In this document: positions 27,257 to 40,455 of the stretch, in pieces | How the letters are laid out: every line of letters starts with the position of its first letter | How positions within the stretch are numbered: position 1 is the first letter of the stretch | Position numbers and translations under genes: made by a program | From: Mobula hypostoma | Lineage: Eukaryota | Length of the DNA: 60,000 nucleotides | Direction: 5' to 3' | NCBI RefSeq assembly: GCF_963921235.1 | Contig: NC_086107.1 | Coordinates: forward strand, 104,782,001 to 104,842,000 | The notes under the pieces: model-generated | Seen by the model: the letters and a program-made list of their open reading frames with translations, nothing else | Databases searched by the model: none | What the model was told of the DNA's origin: nothing

Positions 27257-27516
27257 GTAGACAAGGTAGCCTAGTGGCGAGCACAACACTTTGCAGTACA
27301 GACAACCGAGGTTCAATTCCCGCCACTGCCTGTAAGGAGTTTGTATGTTCTCCCCGTGACTGCGTGAGTTTCCTCCCAGTCCAAAGGCACACCGGTTGGA
27401 AGATTAATTGGTCATTGTAAGTTGTCCCACAAATTAGGCTGGGGATTAAATCGAGCGATTGCCGGGCAACATGGCTCGAAGGGCCTATTCTGCAATTTAT
27501 CTCAATAAATAAATAA
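27257..27516 (+). mobile_element. tRNA-derived SINE
   Basis: A-box TAGCCTAGTGG, B-box GGTTCAATTCC, core aaggagtttgtatgttctccccgtgac, (AATA)n tail. Confidence 0.85.
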
Positions 27517-28309
27517 GCTCTCCATAACAACGTGATAGTGAGTTTTGTCAGTAGTGCTATAGATAATCATTCACCTATAATTCTACTAGCCAGTGCGCAC
27601 TTGGGGTTTCACTTCTGATTACTTAGCTCCAAACTCTAGTTTGGCCTACATCCAAGAATGGACAAATATTCAGCATTACAGTGATGAATTGAAAGTCTCT
27701 GCTGTAAACATCAAGATAACGTGACTAACTTTGCTATCCAGGAGCTCTGGTAAAACTAAAGTCAAAGGGAGGCAATTGGAAAACTTTACACTGGCTGGAG
27801 TTGTGGCTTGCAGATGATCGTTATGGACGTTTAATTTTCTCATGGTGGCATCTTGAATCCAGTAATATTACAATGCTTTCATCAATAATCCTCATTCTAT
27901 CAGAAACTTGTAAATGAGGATCCTCCTTGATTGTCTTGTGTTCAATTCTGTTCACACCTTCATGGAATGAAGTATGCTAAACCATCATGCAACAAGGCTT
28001 AGGCAGTAGTTGGGGCATGAGCTGATGAATGACGAACGATATTGGCATACACATTTTCAACAACAGAGTATCTTGTGACCCATGCCTGATATTCAATGGT
28101 ATCATTATTGTTGAATTACCTACTATCAAGATTCTGGGGTTTGGCATTGCCCTAGAACTTAATTGGACTACTTGGATACAAGAACAAACAAGAAACTTGA
28201 ATGTCCTGTTATAGGTAACTTGCCTCCTGATAAGTAAAACTTCTGATTTCAGCAGGATATGTAGTGAAATATTTTGCACTTGCCTGTATATGTGTAACTC
28301 CTTAGAAAA

Positions 28310-28640
28310 TGGTAACTCAGCCAGAAAACCACCTGCCTCACAGCCCCAGTGACCTGAGTTCATTCTGACTTCTACTGCTATTCTATAAGGAGTTTACATA
28401 GTCCCCCTGTGACTGTGTGGAAATCACAGACTTTCTGAAGATATGGGCAGTGGTAGTTAATTGGCCACTGTAAATTGCTTCTAGAGTGTAGGTGAGTGGT
28501 TAAAATCCAGGGAGAGTTGATTGGAATATGAGGAGAATAAAGTGGGATCAGTGGAGATTTACTGGAAATGAGTACTTGGATAGTTAGCATAGATTTGGTG
28601 GGCCAGAGGACCCGTTTCCATTGCTACATGACTCCATAAC
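28310..28640 (+). mobile_element. Older tRNA-derived SINE
   Basis: gcctcacagccccagtgacctgagttcattc head, core ttaattggccactgtaaattg, CR1-like tail. Confidence 0.7.
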
Positions 28641-28654
28641 GCTAATAGCTTAGT

Positions 28655-29010
28655 ACTGTTTGGAAGTTTGGTTGATCGCCAAGCTTGACAAAATGTTAGC
28701 AGACATTTTGGGTCCAATCAAGAAGCCATCATCAGTGCTCACTTGAGGGTGTTCTCTCCTCAGAATTCCAGCTTATATATACTCCTCCAGGGCGGAATGG
28801 ATATTGATTAGATGTCATGATCTGGTTGGCTGGTTCAAAACACTGAATAGTTTAGCAGTAGGAAATTCTGATTGGCTAGCTTTGAGGGAGGTCTATTGGA
28901 AATGTTTGTTTTGCTGTCCAGATCCTGAAGATTACTGGCAATTTGTTGATTGTTGGCTTCATTGTTTCTCTTTTCTCCATCAGGGTTCATATACCAGATT
29001 GCCAAGCTCG
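28655..29010 (-). mobile_element. Second Penelope-like family, terminal region with hammerhead motif
   Basis: Minus strand reads CCAAT boxes, then TATATATAAG, then GCA-CTGATGA-...-CAAAA-TGTC-TGC. Confidence 0.55.
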
Positions 29011-30484
29011 GCAATCAACTAAATTTCTAAATAGCCAATCTGAGCTACCAATATTCTACAGTATTTCAAAGCTTAATACTGTCTTCGACAAAGTACTCCA
29101 CTTGGTTGGTATCCTATCCACCACCCAGAACTTGCTATACTTTAACCACTGGCAAACTGTAAACCGCTTGGTGAATTTGACAGTATCTCTCAAAAAAAAC
29201 TATCTCCAAATTGAAAATGTATCACCATTCATTCATTGCTGAGTCCCAGTCCTGAGACTGCTTAATCAATGATACTGTGACTGTACCTTCACCAACAGGA
29301 CAGCATCACTTGCAGGATGCAGCTCACAGTGAGCTTCCCAGGTGCCGTTAGAGATGGGCAGTAAATACAAGGCTGCTAGTGATATTCCACATTCTGTGAA
29401 GAAAGTAACATTTGGCTTGCAGAAAATCTATTCTTGCATTAAAAATAATTAACTGAATTGACATCTGTCGTTTGATGCTTTGGCCTGAAGAAGCCCTTGT
29501 AGGACAGGGATGAGAAGAAATTTCTTTACTTACTGGTGGTGACAGGTTGTGAAAGTTTGGAATTCTCTGCCTTTGAAAGCAGTGGGTGCTTTGTCATCGT
29601 ATTCTTTATGAGATCAATGTTTTTAGACTCTGAAGAAACCAAAGTTTATGGGAATCATGTAAAAGCGGATTTGAGGAGAAAAATCTGCATAATCTCATTG
29701 AAAGTTGGATCAGGCTTGCTGTATTTGTGTATTGAGTGACCTGTCTCTTGAAATTTTTTTCTCCCTGCTTTGTAGGCATCAAACCAGTGGGCAAATTTTT
29801 CAGTTCCTTTTATATCTAAGCACGGTAATCGAATTATCTGTTGAACTTCAGTATTTCAAGAAGCCGAATATTAATGTAATTGCTGATCAGAATCCAGTCC
29901 TTGGAGTTCTGATAATATTCTGATGAATCTTTATTAAAAGGCCATTATATTCTAGGGTTTGATGCTTAGAACTGCAAGCAGTCACAGATTTGCTCAAATC
30001 GGGGAGCTATAGCAATAAACAATCTCCTGGAGGACCTCAGTCAGTTGAGCAGCATCTGCGCAGGTGTGGGGGTGGTGAAGGAATTGTCAATGTTTCAGTT
30101 TGAAACTGCATCAGGTTTATGTCACTGTAGCACAAGTTCCTCTGCTGTATATTCTAGCTATCCAAAGAGATTTAGAAATTAGCCTTTCTGATTCTTATTT
30201 CACTTCTATGCATAGATTCTTAAATCTTTTTTGGATTTCTGCTAGCTTTTTGCTTTTTTAAAGTATTGATTCAAAATAATTAACTTGCCTGCATTGAAAT
30301 GCATTTGCCATATTTTACTTGCTTCACTGGATCAGTTTATTCCTGTCTATAATTTATGCTGCCAACCAGAACATTTAGAATGTCATAATTTTTTGTGCCA
30401 TTGCTGACTTGGTCGTACTGCACTAAACTAAATAATGTAATCAGTAAATGAAGTGAATTACCCCATTTTGAATCCTAGTGTCCA

Positions 30485-31197
30485 TGATGAAGTTAATTTT
30501 ACAACTCCCTGCAGCTTGCTTCGATCCTGTGCAGTAGCCCCCTCCCCTCCCCCCATACCAGACAGTGACGCAGTCAGTTAGAATGCTCTCCACGTACATC
30601 AGTAGAAATTTGTGAGTGTTTTAGGTGACATACCAAATCTCCTCAGACTCCTAATGAAATATAGCCACTGTCTTTCTCTCTTTATAGCTGCATCAATATG
30701 TTGGGGCCAGGTTAGGTCCTCAGAGATATTGATACCCAGGAACTTGGAATTGCTCACTCTCTCCACTTCTGATTCTTCATGTGTTCCCTTCTCTTACCCT
30801 TTCTGAAGTCAGCAGTTCTTGTCTTACTGACGTGTGCAAGGTTGTTGCTGCAATACCACTCAACTAAATGGTATATCTTGCTCCTGTATGCCCTCTCATC
30901 TCCAGCTAAGATTCTGCCAACAGTGTATCATCAGCAAATTTATAGATTGCATTTGAGCTGTGCCGAGGCACACGTCTTGGGTGTAGAGAGAGTTGGGCAG
31001 TGGGCTAAAGTACACATCCCTGAGATGTGCCAATGTTGATTATCAGTGAAGTGGAGATGTCATTTCCAATCCACAGATTGTGGTCTTACTGTTAGGAAGT
31101 CGAGGATCCAGCTGCAGATGGAGGCACAGAGGCCCAGGTTCTGGAGCTTTTCAGTCAGCACTGTAGAATTGATGGTGTTGAATGCTGAGCTATAAGT
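30485..31197 (-). mobile_element. Rex1/Babar LINE fragment
   Basis: Reverse complement shows DYSSAFNT, KFADDT (tatcatcagcaaattt) and FKFLG-like motifs. Confidence 0.8.
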
Positions 31198-32289
31198 CAA
31201 TAAACAGCATACTGACATAGACATTTGTCAAGGCCTATTGTACAGTAGTTTGTTTCCATACATAACCTAATATTCTTATGTAAAAATATTATTGAAAGCC
31301 TTTGGGAAGTCCATATAAAACTACATTCATTGATTGTCTCAGTGTATTGTATCAGTTGTTTAAAAAAACTCAGTTCTACTTGACATGACCTCTTGATTCC
31401 CATCAAGCAGAGGGTTAAATTACTCTTTAGAGTTTCTAAAAACTTTCCCATGCCGAATGTAGACCAACATGTGTACTCACTGTCAAATTAAGTCTGAATT
31501 TTCTAGTGAAGCAATTTTAAGTATTGTACTGTGCTAAAGGTGCTAAATTAATTCAAATTGTGTGTCTTGAATGCAGTTATCTGAAACAACAGTGGTTAAA
31601 TAGAATGCTGTCATATGTTAATAAGTGGAAGCACCCAGAAGAGAAAGTTACAAAACCTGCTTCTCTCTTTTATAGATTCAGATGTGACTCTTAAAAGCAA
31701 TTAATTACTGGGTTGTAAATGTAGAACCTGTGCAAAGTAAATATGCTCATTATTTTATGAGTAAGCAGAAACAAACTATCATCACCAATATCCCTCTTTC
31801 TCCTCCTCTCCCCCCACCCACCACCTTCATGCACCCTTTCACCACATGGAGGTGAGAAAACCATTTTTTTCCTTTTGTGTCTCTTCAATGCGTTTGTCAG
31901 TTTGGATTTGAGAATCAGTATCTTGTTTAGCAGCCTAAAGCCGTCCATTCTATGTAAGTGGGCATCAATGAGGTGCTTTGGAGAGCTGTTCTTTGTTTGA
32001 GTACTTTTTAATGACTTGCACGGTTTGTGACATTGCCTCAGTATATTGGTCCACTGAAATATTTGCTATTAAATATTTACACCTAAATGTAGGTGTAAAA
32101 GGAAAAAAAGGCAAGGGATTCAGACACATATTTATGGGGGGGGTATTTTCAATGAACAGAGTTCTGTTTTATGACTTTGGAGGTACTAAAGCTTTTCATA
32201 TTTTTGAGAAAGGAAGAAAATTAACGCACTTAAATGAAGAAAGCAAATGTGTTTTTCCCTAGAAGGTTAGTAAGAAGTTAAATCTAACA

Positions 32290-32645
32290 TATCTGGGCTT
32301 GGCATTATAAGCAGCTGCGTGTTAGAAATGTCGTCTTAATTCACCTCGGGGAGTGCTGGGAGAGTGCAGACATTTGGGCTGGCTTTCCTGCTTTTTCTTT
32401 TTGTGAGGATCAGGTATCAGGTTCGGAGACCGGGGGTGGGGGTGTGGAATGGTTGGTGGGGGAGTGGCTAGTTATGATTAATAGCCCGTGGCATGCAAGG
32501 CGGAGCCCGCACGAGCCATCTGGCCAAGATCTGGGAGTTGCTGTGGGGGAGATAACAGGAGAGGAAAGAGAGGGGCCAATCTGTGCAATCTGTGTCTCAA
32601 AGTCAAGCTGAATCAGGAATTACTCACATTTGGTTTGCTTGGTTT
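32290..32645 (+). promoter_or_regulatory. Putative promoter/5' UTR region of the MERK exon
   Basis: TATA-like TTATAA next to E-box CAGCTG near 32305-32317, G-rich tract near 32431-32467, CCAAT near 32576, locally higher GC/CpG, repeat-free, directly upstream of the start exon. Confidence 0.45.
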
Positions 32646-32672
32646 ATGGAGAGGAAGACGATGGTTTCACAG
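32646..32672 (+). CDS. RBFOX2: RBFOX2 alternative start exon, coding part MERKTMVSQ
   Basis: ATG GAG AGG AAG ACG ATG GTT TCA CAG|gtatat. The 9 codons and phase-0 donor fit the 55123 exon and resemble the human RBFOX2 isoform start MEKKKMVTQ|GNQEP. The 5' boundary of the exon is uncertain. Confidence 0.85.
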
Positions 32673-35344
32673 GTATATCTTAGTGCTTTTAGCCGCTGTT
32701 GTCTCTGAATGTTTGTAGAAAGTGTGAGCTGAACCATGTGCCTGTGCCGTGCAGTTTTTATTTGTACAGAATGAATCATTGCTTCTATTGTCTGCCGTGT
32801 TCTGTGCTTTCTGTTGGTTATCAGGGAGGCTGCTTGCATTCCTTGTGTTTCCCATATTCTCGGGCATCAAGACTTGCAAAATCCATCAGAAAATCAAGTC
32901 ATTTTTTAAACCTAAACCAGTTCATGTGATCACATTGCTAAACGCTGTGAAATCATTTGAATTTACTAACCTGACTGATGGAGTAAAAAAACACATATGT
33001 TCTTGTCCTGTGTAAAACCGAGGTTCGGCCGTCTATTTATTTAAAGAACCCTTTCTCCTTGTCTGTATACTGCAGTAATCGAGACAAAGCACAGGATATT
33101 TAACTCTATGCATGCCGAATTTGCTTCTCATTTTAGTACATGTATGATTCTCTGCTTTTCCAGCAGCTCTGCTAAACAGAGGTGTAGGAAGCCATAATAA
33201 ACCAAAAACAGCTTTTCAGTGTGAATCCATTTTACTGGCAGAGGATCAAATAATTTTAAGAGTGCAGCAGCTCGTATCTTCATATTCATATTTTAGGGTT
33301 AAAATTATTGTAGTCATTGATACTGAAACGTGTGTAATATTGAGTTGGCTTGATAATTTCTTTGATTTTCTTACTAACTTAATTTACCTGTCGAGTTTCT
33401 GAATTTAAATTAGAGCAAGTGGGTGTAGGCCCTCCCTCCTGATCTTTAGCAAACAAAAGGAGTCAGCTGGGGAATTAAAATATATATATATATATACATG
33501 GGACATAATTATGTGTGATAATTCAGACCAAGGCTATTGACCTCTTTCAGCATAGATTTAATTTAATATAATTTCATTATTTTGGTGAATGTTGTGTATC
33601 GGGTGTTTTCTTGTACTTTTTATTGAATACCTCACACCTAATGTTATTATATCAATTACACAAAGAACAGCAATGGCTTTTGCAGTATAGGGAATGTGAT
33701 TTGGAACAGATTTTATACGATACTCCTGAAAGAGCCTGCAAATTCTTAATGGAAGAAACCAGAATTTGCAAAAAAAAAATGTTCTGCCATCGCTGCACAC
33801 AGTATATCTAAAACTGGAGTTATTAAATATTTTTTACAATATATGAAAAATATTTTAATTTGAGATAAGTTGTTGGCTCTACCAATTAATATTTTTAAAA
33901 TGAATGTCATCCATTCTGATCATCTTCATTCCAGAAATTCGGTAATGCTATTATTCCACTTTGTCATTTTAATTCATATTCATTTGAAATATTCCACTAA
34001 TAGTCTGAATTGACAAAGGTAGTAACTGAATTAATTTCAACCGACACAAGGTGACTTTTAATTCTGACCTTTAAGCACTGAAATTCTTTAAAAAGATTTG
34101 TATAAACTATGAAGCTTGTATAAATATAGAAACTGCAGTTAAATCCATGTCATTATACCTCAGTGCTTTACATGCACAATAGAAATTCCAAGTATCAGCC
34201 TTAAGAATGATAGAGAAAACAAATAAAATGCCATAGTTCTCACTCCTGATTTGTTTCTCAGTGTTCCATGCTGGAAATGCATGTGTACTTCAATTGAGTA
34301 AGGCACTTGTCTGCAGTTGAACGGCCTGTGGATGCCTCTCTAGGTTCATGCAGAAAAAATGGAAAATATTAAACAATGTCGATACATGAGAAGTTAAGAT
34401 ATTGCTAAGTATAACCTTTGCAAATGGGAGCAAACTGCAAGGAAAATTCTAGTAAAAAGAAAACATTTCATTGTTATTGGGGTAGCATTCTGTGAATAAA
34501 GAATTTTTTTTCCCTGCACTTATTAGTCTTGAACAGTTCATACCTTGTAATATATTAAAGGTCTAAAATCTGCTTATGTTAAAATAATTTTAGTGTCAAT
34601 TTAAGAATCACTTTTGAAATTTATGTAATTGAAATTAATGATTCAGACTGATTGGCTTAGTTGCTGAAGGTTATCTGCGTGGGATGTGGCATAATAAGTC
34701 GCAGAGAGGAAAATATTTTTTCGAAGGTACCTGGTTTTGTCTAGTTTTCAAATGCATATACATTTAACAAAGAAAGATGAACAGGTTTAGGTTTTTTTGT
34801 TTTAGGATATGCTGATTGCCAATTTTATATTTTTTGGGGGGCATCTGTTCATTTGGGTGAAAATTCATATTGTTCTCTGTTTCCCAGCAAGTTGCTGAAT
34901 ACCAGAATAGGAAATTGTGAAATGGTACATAAAAATGTTAGATGGCCAAATAGCCCTTCAGAACACTAATTTTTAAGAAATAATAAATCTGGTGCTTAAA
35001 ATAAGAGTGAAAATGAAATATTTTAATAGATCATGCAAAACATAAAATAAGAATATTAGAAATAGTAGGGCTAGGTTACCTGTACCATTTCCTTGTGCCT
35101 GTCCCACTATTCATTGTCATTGCTATCTTACCTCAGTGCCACATTTCTATACTAATCCCATATCTTGTATTTAAAAAGAATATCATTCTCTGAATATACT
35201 CGTTATTGAGCTCTTGGGTATTGATTTCCAAAGATTCACCTTCCTCCGTGTTTATGTAAAAATAACTTGTCCTCTTGGTCTTGAATGGCCAAATTCTTAA
35301 ATTGAGACAGTCATCAAGGTTCTAAAGCACCATCGCCAAGGGAA

Positions 35345-35520
35345 ATACTGTATTGCCAACCCACATATTCTTGGGATATGGGAGGAAGCCAGAACAACTG
35401 GAGGAAGCTCACTGGGAGAAAATGCAAACAGAACACAGACAGCACCAGAGGTCAGGATTGAACTCAGGTCATGGGAGGCATGACGCAGCGCACTCCTAGC
35501 TGTACCTCTGTGCTGCTTCC
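35345..35520 (-). mobile_element. tRNA-SINE 5' fragment
   Basis: gtcaggattgaactcaggtc (B-box, reverse complement) and gggagaaaatgcaaac core. Confidence 0.65.
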
Positions 35521-35615
35521 AATAATTTTGTATGTTTCGGTTTGATCATCTCTAATTTTTCTACTCTTAAGGATGTCCGCACAGAAAGCTGACCAGCTAA
35601 AGAATCACTTTAAAG

Positions 35616-35696
35616 CAAGGGTTCCTAACCTTTTTTAATGCCATGGACCCCTACTATTAACTGAGGGGATCGTAGACCCAAAGTTGGGAACCCCTG
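35616..35696. mobile_element. 81-bp hAT (Charlie-type) MITE
   Basis: TIRs CAAGGGTTCCTAACC and (reverse complement) CAGGGGTTCCCAACT. 8-bp target duplication CTTTAAAG/CTTTTAAG. Confidence 0.85.
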
Positions 35697-35699
35697 CTT

Positions 35700-38260
35700 T
35701 TAAGAAACTTCATTTCCTTTATCCTTCCTCAGATCCAACCTGTGCAAACCATTCCCACCAGGACCCTATAAAATGGAAATAAAGGCCAATATGCTGTTGT
35801 CTTCCAATTTGTTGTACCTGTCCGTTACCTTGAAGTAGTTCATATACAGGGACCTCCGAGTTCTTGTGAGTACAAACACGCTTTTGTCATTTAAAAATAA
35901 TATTCATTCTTTCTTTTTTTGCATAATTAATGACCTCGCAATTTTCCACATTACATCTACCATATCCGTGCTTGTTCTGAAATCCCGGAATGCCTGTGTG
36001 CATTCCTCAGAGGCAATGCTGTTACTACTTAACTTTGTATTGTTGGCAAACTTTGATTTATTATACTTGATTCCCTCATCAACATCATTGAAATGGGTGC
36101 TGAGGCCATTGAATAGATTTCAGTGACATCCCACCAGTCATATCCTCATAGCGCAAATAAAATCTATTTAGATTATGAGAACACTCAGTCCTCTTTTATT
36201 GTCATTTAGAAATTCATACATGCATTAAGAAATGATATAATGTTTCTCCGGAGTGATATCACAGAAAACAAGACAGACCAAAGACTAACACTGACAAAAC
36301 CACTTAATTAGAACATATAATTACAGCAGTGCAAGCTATACCATAATTTGATAAAGAACAGTCCATAGGCACAGTTTAAAAAAAAAGTCTCAAAGTCCCG
36401 AGTCGATCGACTCCGGAGTTCCCGATAGTGGCAGCAAAAGGGAACTCCCTGCCATAAACCTCCAGGCACCATCAACTTGCCGATACCTTGAAAGCAGCCG
36501 CCCCTGAGTCCATCCGACCAAAAACTCCGAGCTTCCGAGCAGCCTCTCCAATACAGCATCCTGAGCGCCATCCTCTGCCGAGCGCCTTCAACCTCTCCCC
36601 AGCCACTGAAACACGCAAAGCCGAGGATTTCAAGGCCTTCAGCTCCAGAGATTCCGGTTACCACACGGTTACATTATCTAATCCTTGATCCAGATCAGTG
36701 AATTATCCTTTACACAGTGCACTTTAATTTTTCGTATTCATCTCTTGTTTGCTACCTTTTTAAGGGATTTTTAAAATCTAGGTGCACCACATCAACTGAT
36801 TCACTCTTACCTATACTGCTAGTTAATGCCTCAAAAAAAAAACTGGTGGATTTGACAAACCCTTTTGTAAGTCCATGTTAATTCTGTTCAATCCTATTAT
36901 TAGTAGTAGTAAATACTCTGTAATCATCCCTTTGATAATAAATTCAGGCATTTTTTCCCTTCTGTCTTTCTCAGGCTAACTTGTCTATATTTCCTAGGTT
37001 TCTTCTTTTCCTTCCCCCACCCCTTCTAGAACAGCAGGGGCCTCTTTGCTGCTGTCCAAACTGAGGCATCACATCAGTTTTATGAGATTTTAGTGGATAT
37101 ACTAGTTGTCGTCCATCTCCATTGCTGTCTTGTTCAAACCCTTTTGATGCAGAATCATCAGGGCCTGGGAATTTATTGTCCTTCAGTCTCATCAGTGACA
37201 AAATAGTATTGGACAAATTAATGTTAGTTTCTTTGCACCTTGTTCACTCTGGACCTTGAGTTAATTATGATTTTCTGTGTCTTTGGTGAAGATGGTCATT
37301 AAAGATTTCTTTCTCTTCCATTTTCTGATTCTCCAGTATATTCCTGTCTCTGTCTGAGGAACCCACATTATGATGTCCTCGCGTATCTATAGAAGCTCTT
37401 GCTTACATTTTGATGTTTAATTCTGGTATCCTTTCATTCTTCTTTCCATTTCTTATCAATGTCCTAGCACAGGAAATGTTCCCAGCTGTCAACCTTACTG
37501 TTCCTTTGAAGGCATCATTGTCTTTTACCTTTTAGTATTTATCTTTGCCTTTCTTAATACCCATGGATCAACTACTTTTCCTATATTTTGTCATAAGTAT
37601 ATGTTACTAGTAAAATGTTGAATAATTCTTTTACTGTTAGCCATTGTTTGTTTACAGTCATACTAAACGTAGATTCTCCATCTACCATGGCCAGTTCATA
37701 CCCAGTGCCACCTTAGTTTGGGTTTAATTCAGAATTACGTCTCCGATTTCAGATTTAAGTAAATCACTTTCAATTTTTTTGATATGAAATTTCTCACATT
37801 ATGATCACTGCTCTCTAAATGGTCCATTAGCCATCAGATCAACCCTTTGTCATAACACAGTACTAAATCAAAAATAGCCCATTTTTAATAATTGAATGCA
37901 ACAATTTTTAATCTACAGAGATTATTTGGTTTGTCTGCACTGTTTCTAGATGGAAACTTGTCCATGGTTATTGTACATGCATGTTCAATTTTCCAATTCC
38001 TTGCATTTTCTACAGTTTGGAGAGCCTATATACAACACTCATCATTTTTTCTGCCCCTTCCCGTTTTTCAGTTCAGCCTTGACTCCATCAGGTCTTTCTG
38101 CCTCCACCTCTATTTTGCCTAAATCACCTTAAAAATAAATGCAGAATTTTGAATTCCCAACCTTTGTTAATATGCAACCATGCCTCTGGAATGGCTTTTA
38201 GATTGTACCCAGTAATTTATGCCATTACTTCTCTGACCTTGCTATGTGGTGTATTCAGAT
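35700..38260 (-). mobile_element. Highly decayed CR1 LINE
   Basis: Minus remnant LMRLKDNKFPGPDD (KSPGPD motif of CR1 ORF2). Boundaries approximate. Confidence 0.55.
36170..36668 (-). mobile_element. Young non-autonomous retroposon
   Basis: CpG-rich island within decayed CR1. Minus-strand 3' end ...ATGACAATAAAAGAGGACTGAGTGTTCTCATAATC. Flanks ttagattat/ttacattat may be a target duplication. Confidence 0.55.
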
Positions 38261-38859
38261 AAATCTGAACCTCTACTGATGCTCATTGGAATTGTACTAA
38301 GCTTTGTATGTTCTGCTCTTTTTACGATAGGCTTTAGTTATCATTCGCTATTTCCTATTCTATTGTGTTTTTTTTCCCCTGTAATTTTCTATTTGTCCAC
38401 TCACTAGAACCCTAACCTTCCTCAATGACAGAAAATCCTGGAAATGCTCAACAAGTCAGACAGCATCTGTGGAAAGATAAGCCGAGTTAACGTTTCAGCT
38501 CAATTTGTCAGAACTAAAATTCTTTGATTAGGTGGTGTTCAATTTGTGGTAGGAGGAAGACATGTGGAAAATCCACAATCCTACTGCACATTTGTATTAG
38601 GAAAACTGTCCACATGAGTAATCTATATAACACACTTGCAATTTGTATTGAATTGAATATGTTCCTTTACAATGCATTTTATGCATGCTTAATTATTGAT
38701 ATATTTACATTAAAATATTGTTTTTCTTATAAAGTTAGATAATCCAAGATGAATAGTGAGCAACTCAATTACCACTGCTACAGAATTTTAAGAGGATTGT
38801 TTGCATCCACAACTCTTAATACACACTAACAACTTTGCAGTCTGACATCACTCATTGTA

Positions 38860-40455
38860 CAAACCCCATTTCCAGAAAAGTTGGGATATTTTCCAAAATG
38901 CAATAGAAACAGAAATCTGTGATATGCTAATTCATGTGAACCTTTATTTAACTGACAAAAGTACAAAGAAAAGATTTTCAATAGCTTTACTGCCCAACTT
39001 AATTGTATTTTGTCAACATACACAAATTTAGAATTTGATGGCTGCAACACACTCAACAAAAGTTGGGACAGAGGCATGTTTACCATTGTGTTACATCACC
39101 TTTCCTTTTAATAACACTTTTTAATCATTTTGGAACTGAGGATACTAATTGTAGATTTCCAATTGGAAATTTTGTCCATTCTTGCTTGATATAAGACCAG
39201 CTGCTCAGCAGTCCGTGGTCTCTGTTGTCCGATTCTCCTCTTCATGATGCGCCATACATTTTCAATAGGAGATAGATCTGGACTGGCAGCAGGCCAGTCA
39301 AGCACACGCACTCTGTGTCTACAAAGTCACGCTGTTGTAGCCCGAGCAGAATGTGGTCTGGCATTGTCCTGCTGAAGTATGCATGGACGTCCTGGGAAGA
39401 GACGTCACCTTGATGGCAACATATGTCTCTCTAAAATCCTAATGTACGCCTCAGAGTCAATGGTACCTTCACATACATGCATCTCACCCATGCCATGGGC
39501 ACTGATGCACCACCATACCATCACAGATGCTGGCTTTTGCACCTTTCGCTGATAACAATCTGGATGGTCATTTTCATCTTTGGCACGGAGAACTCGACAC
39601 CCGTTTTTTCCAAAAACCAGCTGAAATGTGGACTCATCTGAGCACAGCACACGGTTCCACAGTCTTTCGGTCCATCTGAGAGGAGCTCGGGCCCAGAGAA
39701 CTCGCCGGCGTTTCTGCATCGAGTTGATGTATGGCTTCCTTCTTGCGTAATACAGTTTCAGGTTGCATTTCTAGATGCAGCGACGGACTGTGTTGAATGA
39801 CAATGGTTTTCCAAAGTACTCCCGAGCCCAGGTGGCTATAATTGTCACAGTAGCATGACGGTTTCTTAGGCAGTGCTGCCTGAGGGCTCGAAGATCACGC
39901 GCGTTCAGCAGTGGTTTCCGACCTTGCCCTTTACGCACTGAGATGTCTGTGACTTCTCTGAATCTTTTCACAATATTATTTACTGTAGATGTTGAAAGAC
40001 CTAAATTCTCTGCAATCTTGCGTTGAGAAATGTTCCTTTTGAACTGACTAACAATTCTCTCACGAATTTTGGCACAAAGGGGTAAGCCACGACCCATCCT
40101 CGCTTGCAAAGACTGAGCCTTTGGATGCTACTGTTATACCCAGTCATGATACCTCACCTGCTATCAATTAGCCTGCTTAACGTGGAGTCTTCCAAACCGG
40201 TGTTACTTGAATATTCTGTGCACTTTTCAATGTTATTTTAACTCTGTCCCAACTTTTGTTGAGTGTGTTGCAGCCATCAAATTCTAAATTTGTGTATATT
40301 TACAAAATACAATTAAGTTGGTCAGTAAAACTATTGAAAATATTTTCTTTGTACTTTTGTCAGTTAAATAAAGGTTCACGTGAATTAACATATCACAGAT
40401 TTTTGTTTTCATTGCATTTTGGAAAATATCCCAACTTTTCTGGAAATGGGGTTTG
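38860..40455 (-). mobile_element. Full-length Tc1-like DNA transposon with ~210-bp TIRs
   Basis: TA flanks. TIRs start CAAACCCCATTTCCAGAAAAGTTGGGA (about 38860-39073 and 40242-40455). Transposase on the minus strand. Confidence 0.96.
39080..40097 (-). pseudogene. Tc1 DD34E-type transposase pseudogene
   Basis: MGRG..HTH..GRKP, VLCSDES, QQDNA and WPAASPDLSPIENVW motifs. Premature stops at 39771 and 39405 plus C-terminal frameshifts. Confidence 0.92.

Larger units (their letters stand above)
25940..29400 (+). mobile_element. Highly decayed L2/CR1-group LINE with nested SINE and Penelope insertions
   Basis: Endonuclease- and RT-like remnants (IKILGFGIALELNWTTWI) and 3' end gagatgggcagtaaata...gatattccacattctgtgaa. 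Boundaries approximate. Confidence 0.5.

Noticed and set aside
28304..28320. AGAAAATGGTAACTCAG, which encodes KMVTQ like the human RBFOX2 start exon
   Set aside because: No GT donor follows, no upstream MEK start, and it overlaps a SINE head. The better candidate is at 32646.
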